From Eledone cirrhosa (taxonomy: Eukaryota): a stretch of DNA of 64,000 bases. The stretch covers positions 112,654,001 through 112,718,000 of the forward strand of contig OZ024743.1 in the NCBI GenBank assembly GCA_964016885.1. Reading direction: 5' to 3'. The notes beneath the pieces are model-generated. The model did no database searches and had not been told where the DNA came from. It saw only the letters and a program-made list of their open reading frames with translations. Made by a program: the position numbers and the translations under genes. Below, piece by piece: positions 63,789-64,000 of the stretch; position 1 is the first letter of the stretch, and every line of letters starts with the position of its first letter.

Positions 63789-64000
63789 TATATATATATG
63801 ATTGGTGTTGGATTCTTAAAGTTGATTAGTGTTGCGACGAATGGAATTTATTGGACATATTACAATCGTTTCTCTGGCCACAAGCTCGAGGCACGATCGA
63901 TGTGTTGATCGAACCTGACTCTGAAAATCAGATACGTCTTGATTCTACGAAGCAGATTTTCCTGCTTCGTAGAATCAAGACGTATCTGAGGATCTTGCGA

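Overview
Eukaryotic, AT-rich, repeat-saturated DNA with no recognisable host protein-coding exon. The SINE family and microsatellite load suggest a cephalopod (octopus-like) genome; this is inference. Most ORFs in the track are artefacts of (TA)n, (ACAT)n and (ATC/ACC)n arrays. Real content: (1) Penelope-like elements (PLEs) of three clades (Neptune-like 298-1041; Nematis-like 3341-5433 plus remnants; Hydra-clade-like 26407-30002) and about 15 tiny inverted-arm-plus-tail PLE-type insertions in (TA)n; (2) a ~568-bp non-coding tandem unit (19461-21606) carrying a type I hammerhead ribozyme, inserted with PLE geometry, i.e. retrozyme-like; (3) a near-intact two-ORF CR1/L2-group LINE (21686-26335) whose ORF1 has a SANT/Myb-like segment and two CCCH fingers, and whose AUG-less ORF2 overlaps ORF1 in the -1 frame across two slippery heptamers; (4) many tRNA-derived SINEs, CRE and RTE fragments, a mariner remnant, a piggyBac-like MITE and Helitron-type remnants. 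Items 2, 3 and the Hydra-like PLE sit inside the (TA)n loop of an older hairpin element whose arms are now 11 kb apart. Hammerheads of several families can be folded by eye, including ones with a non-canonical U3-A8 core. All folds and clade calls are manual and need computational confirmation.
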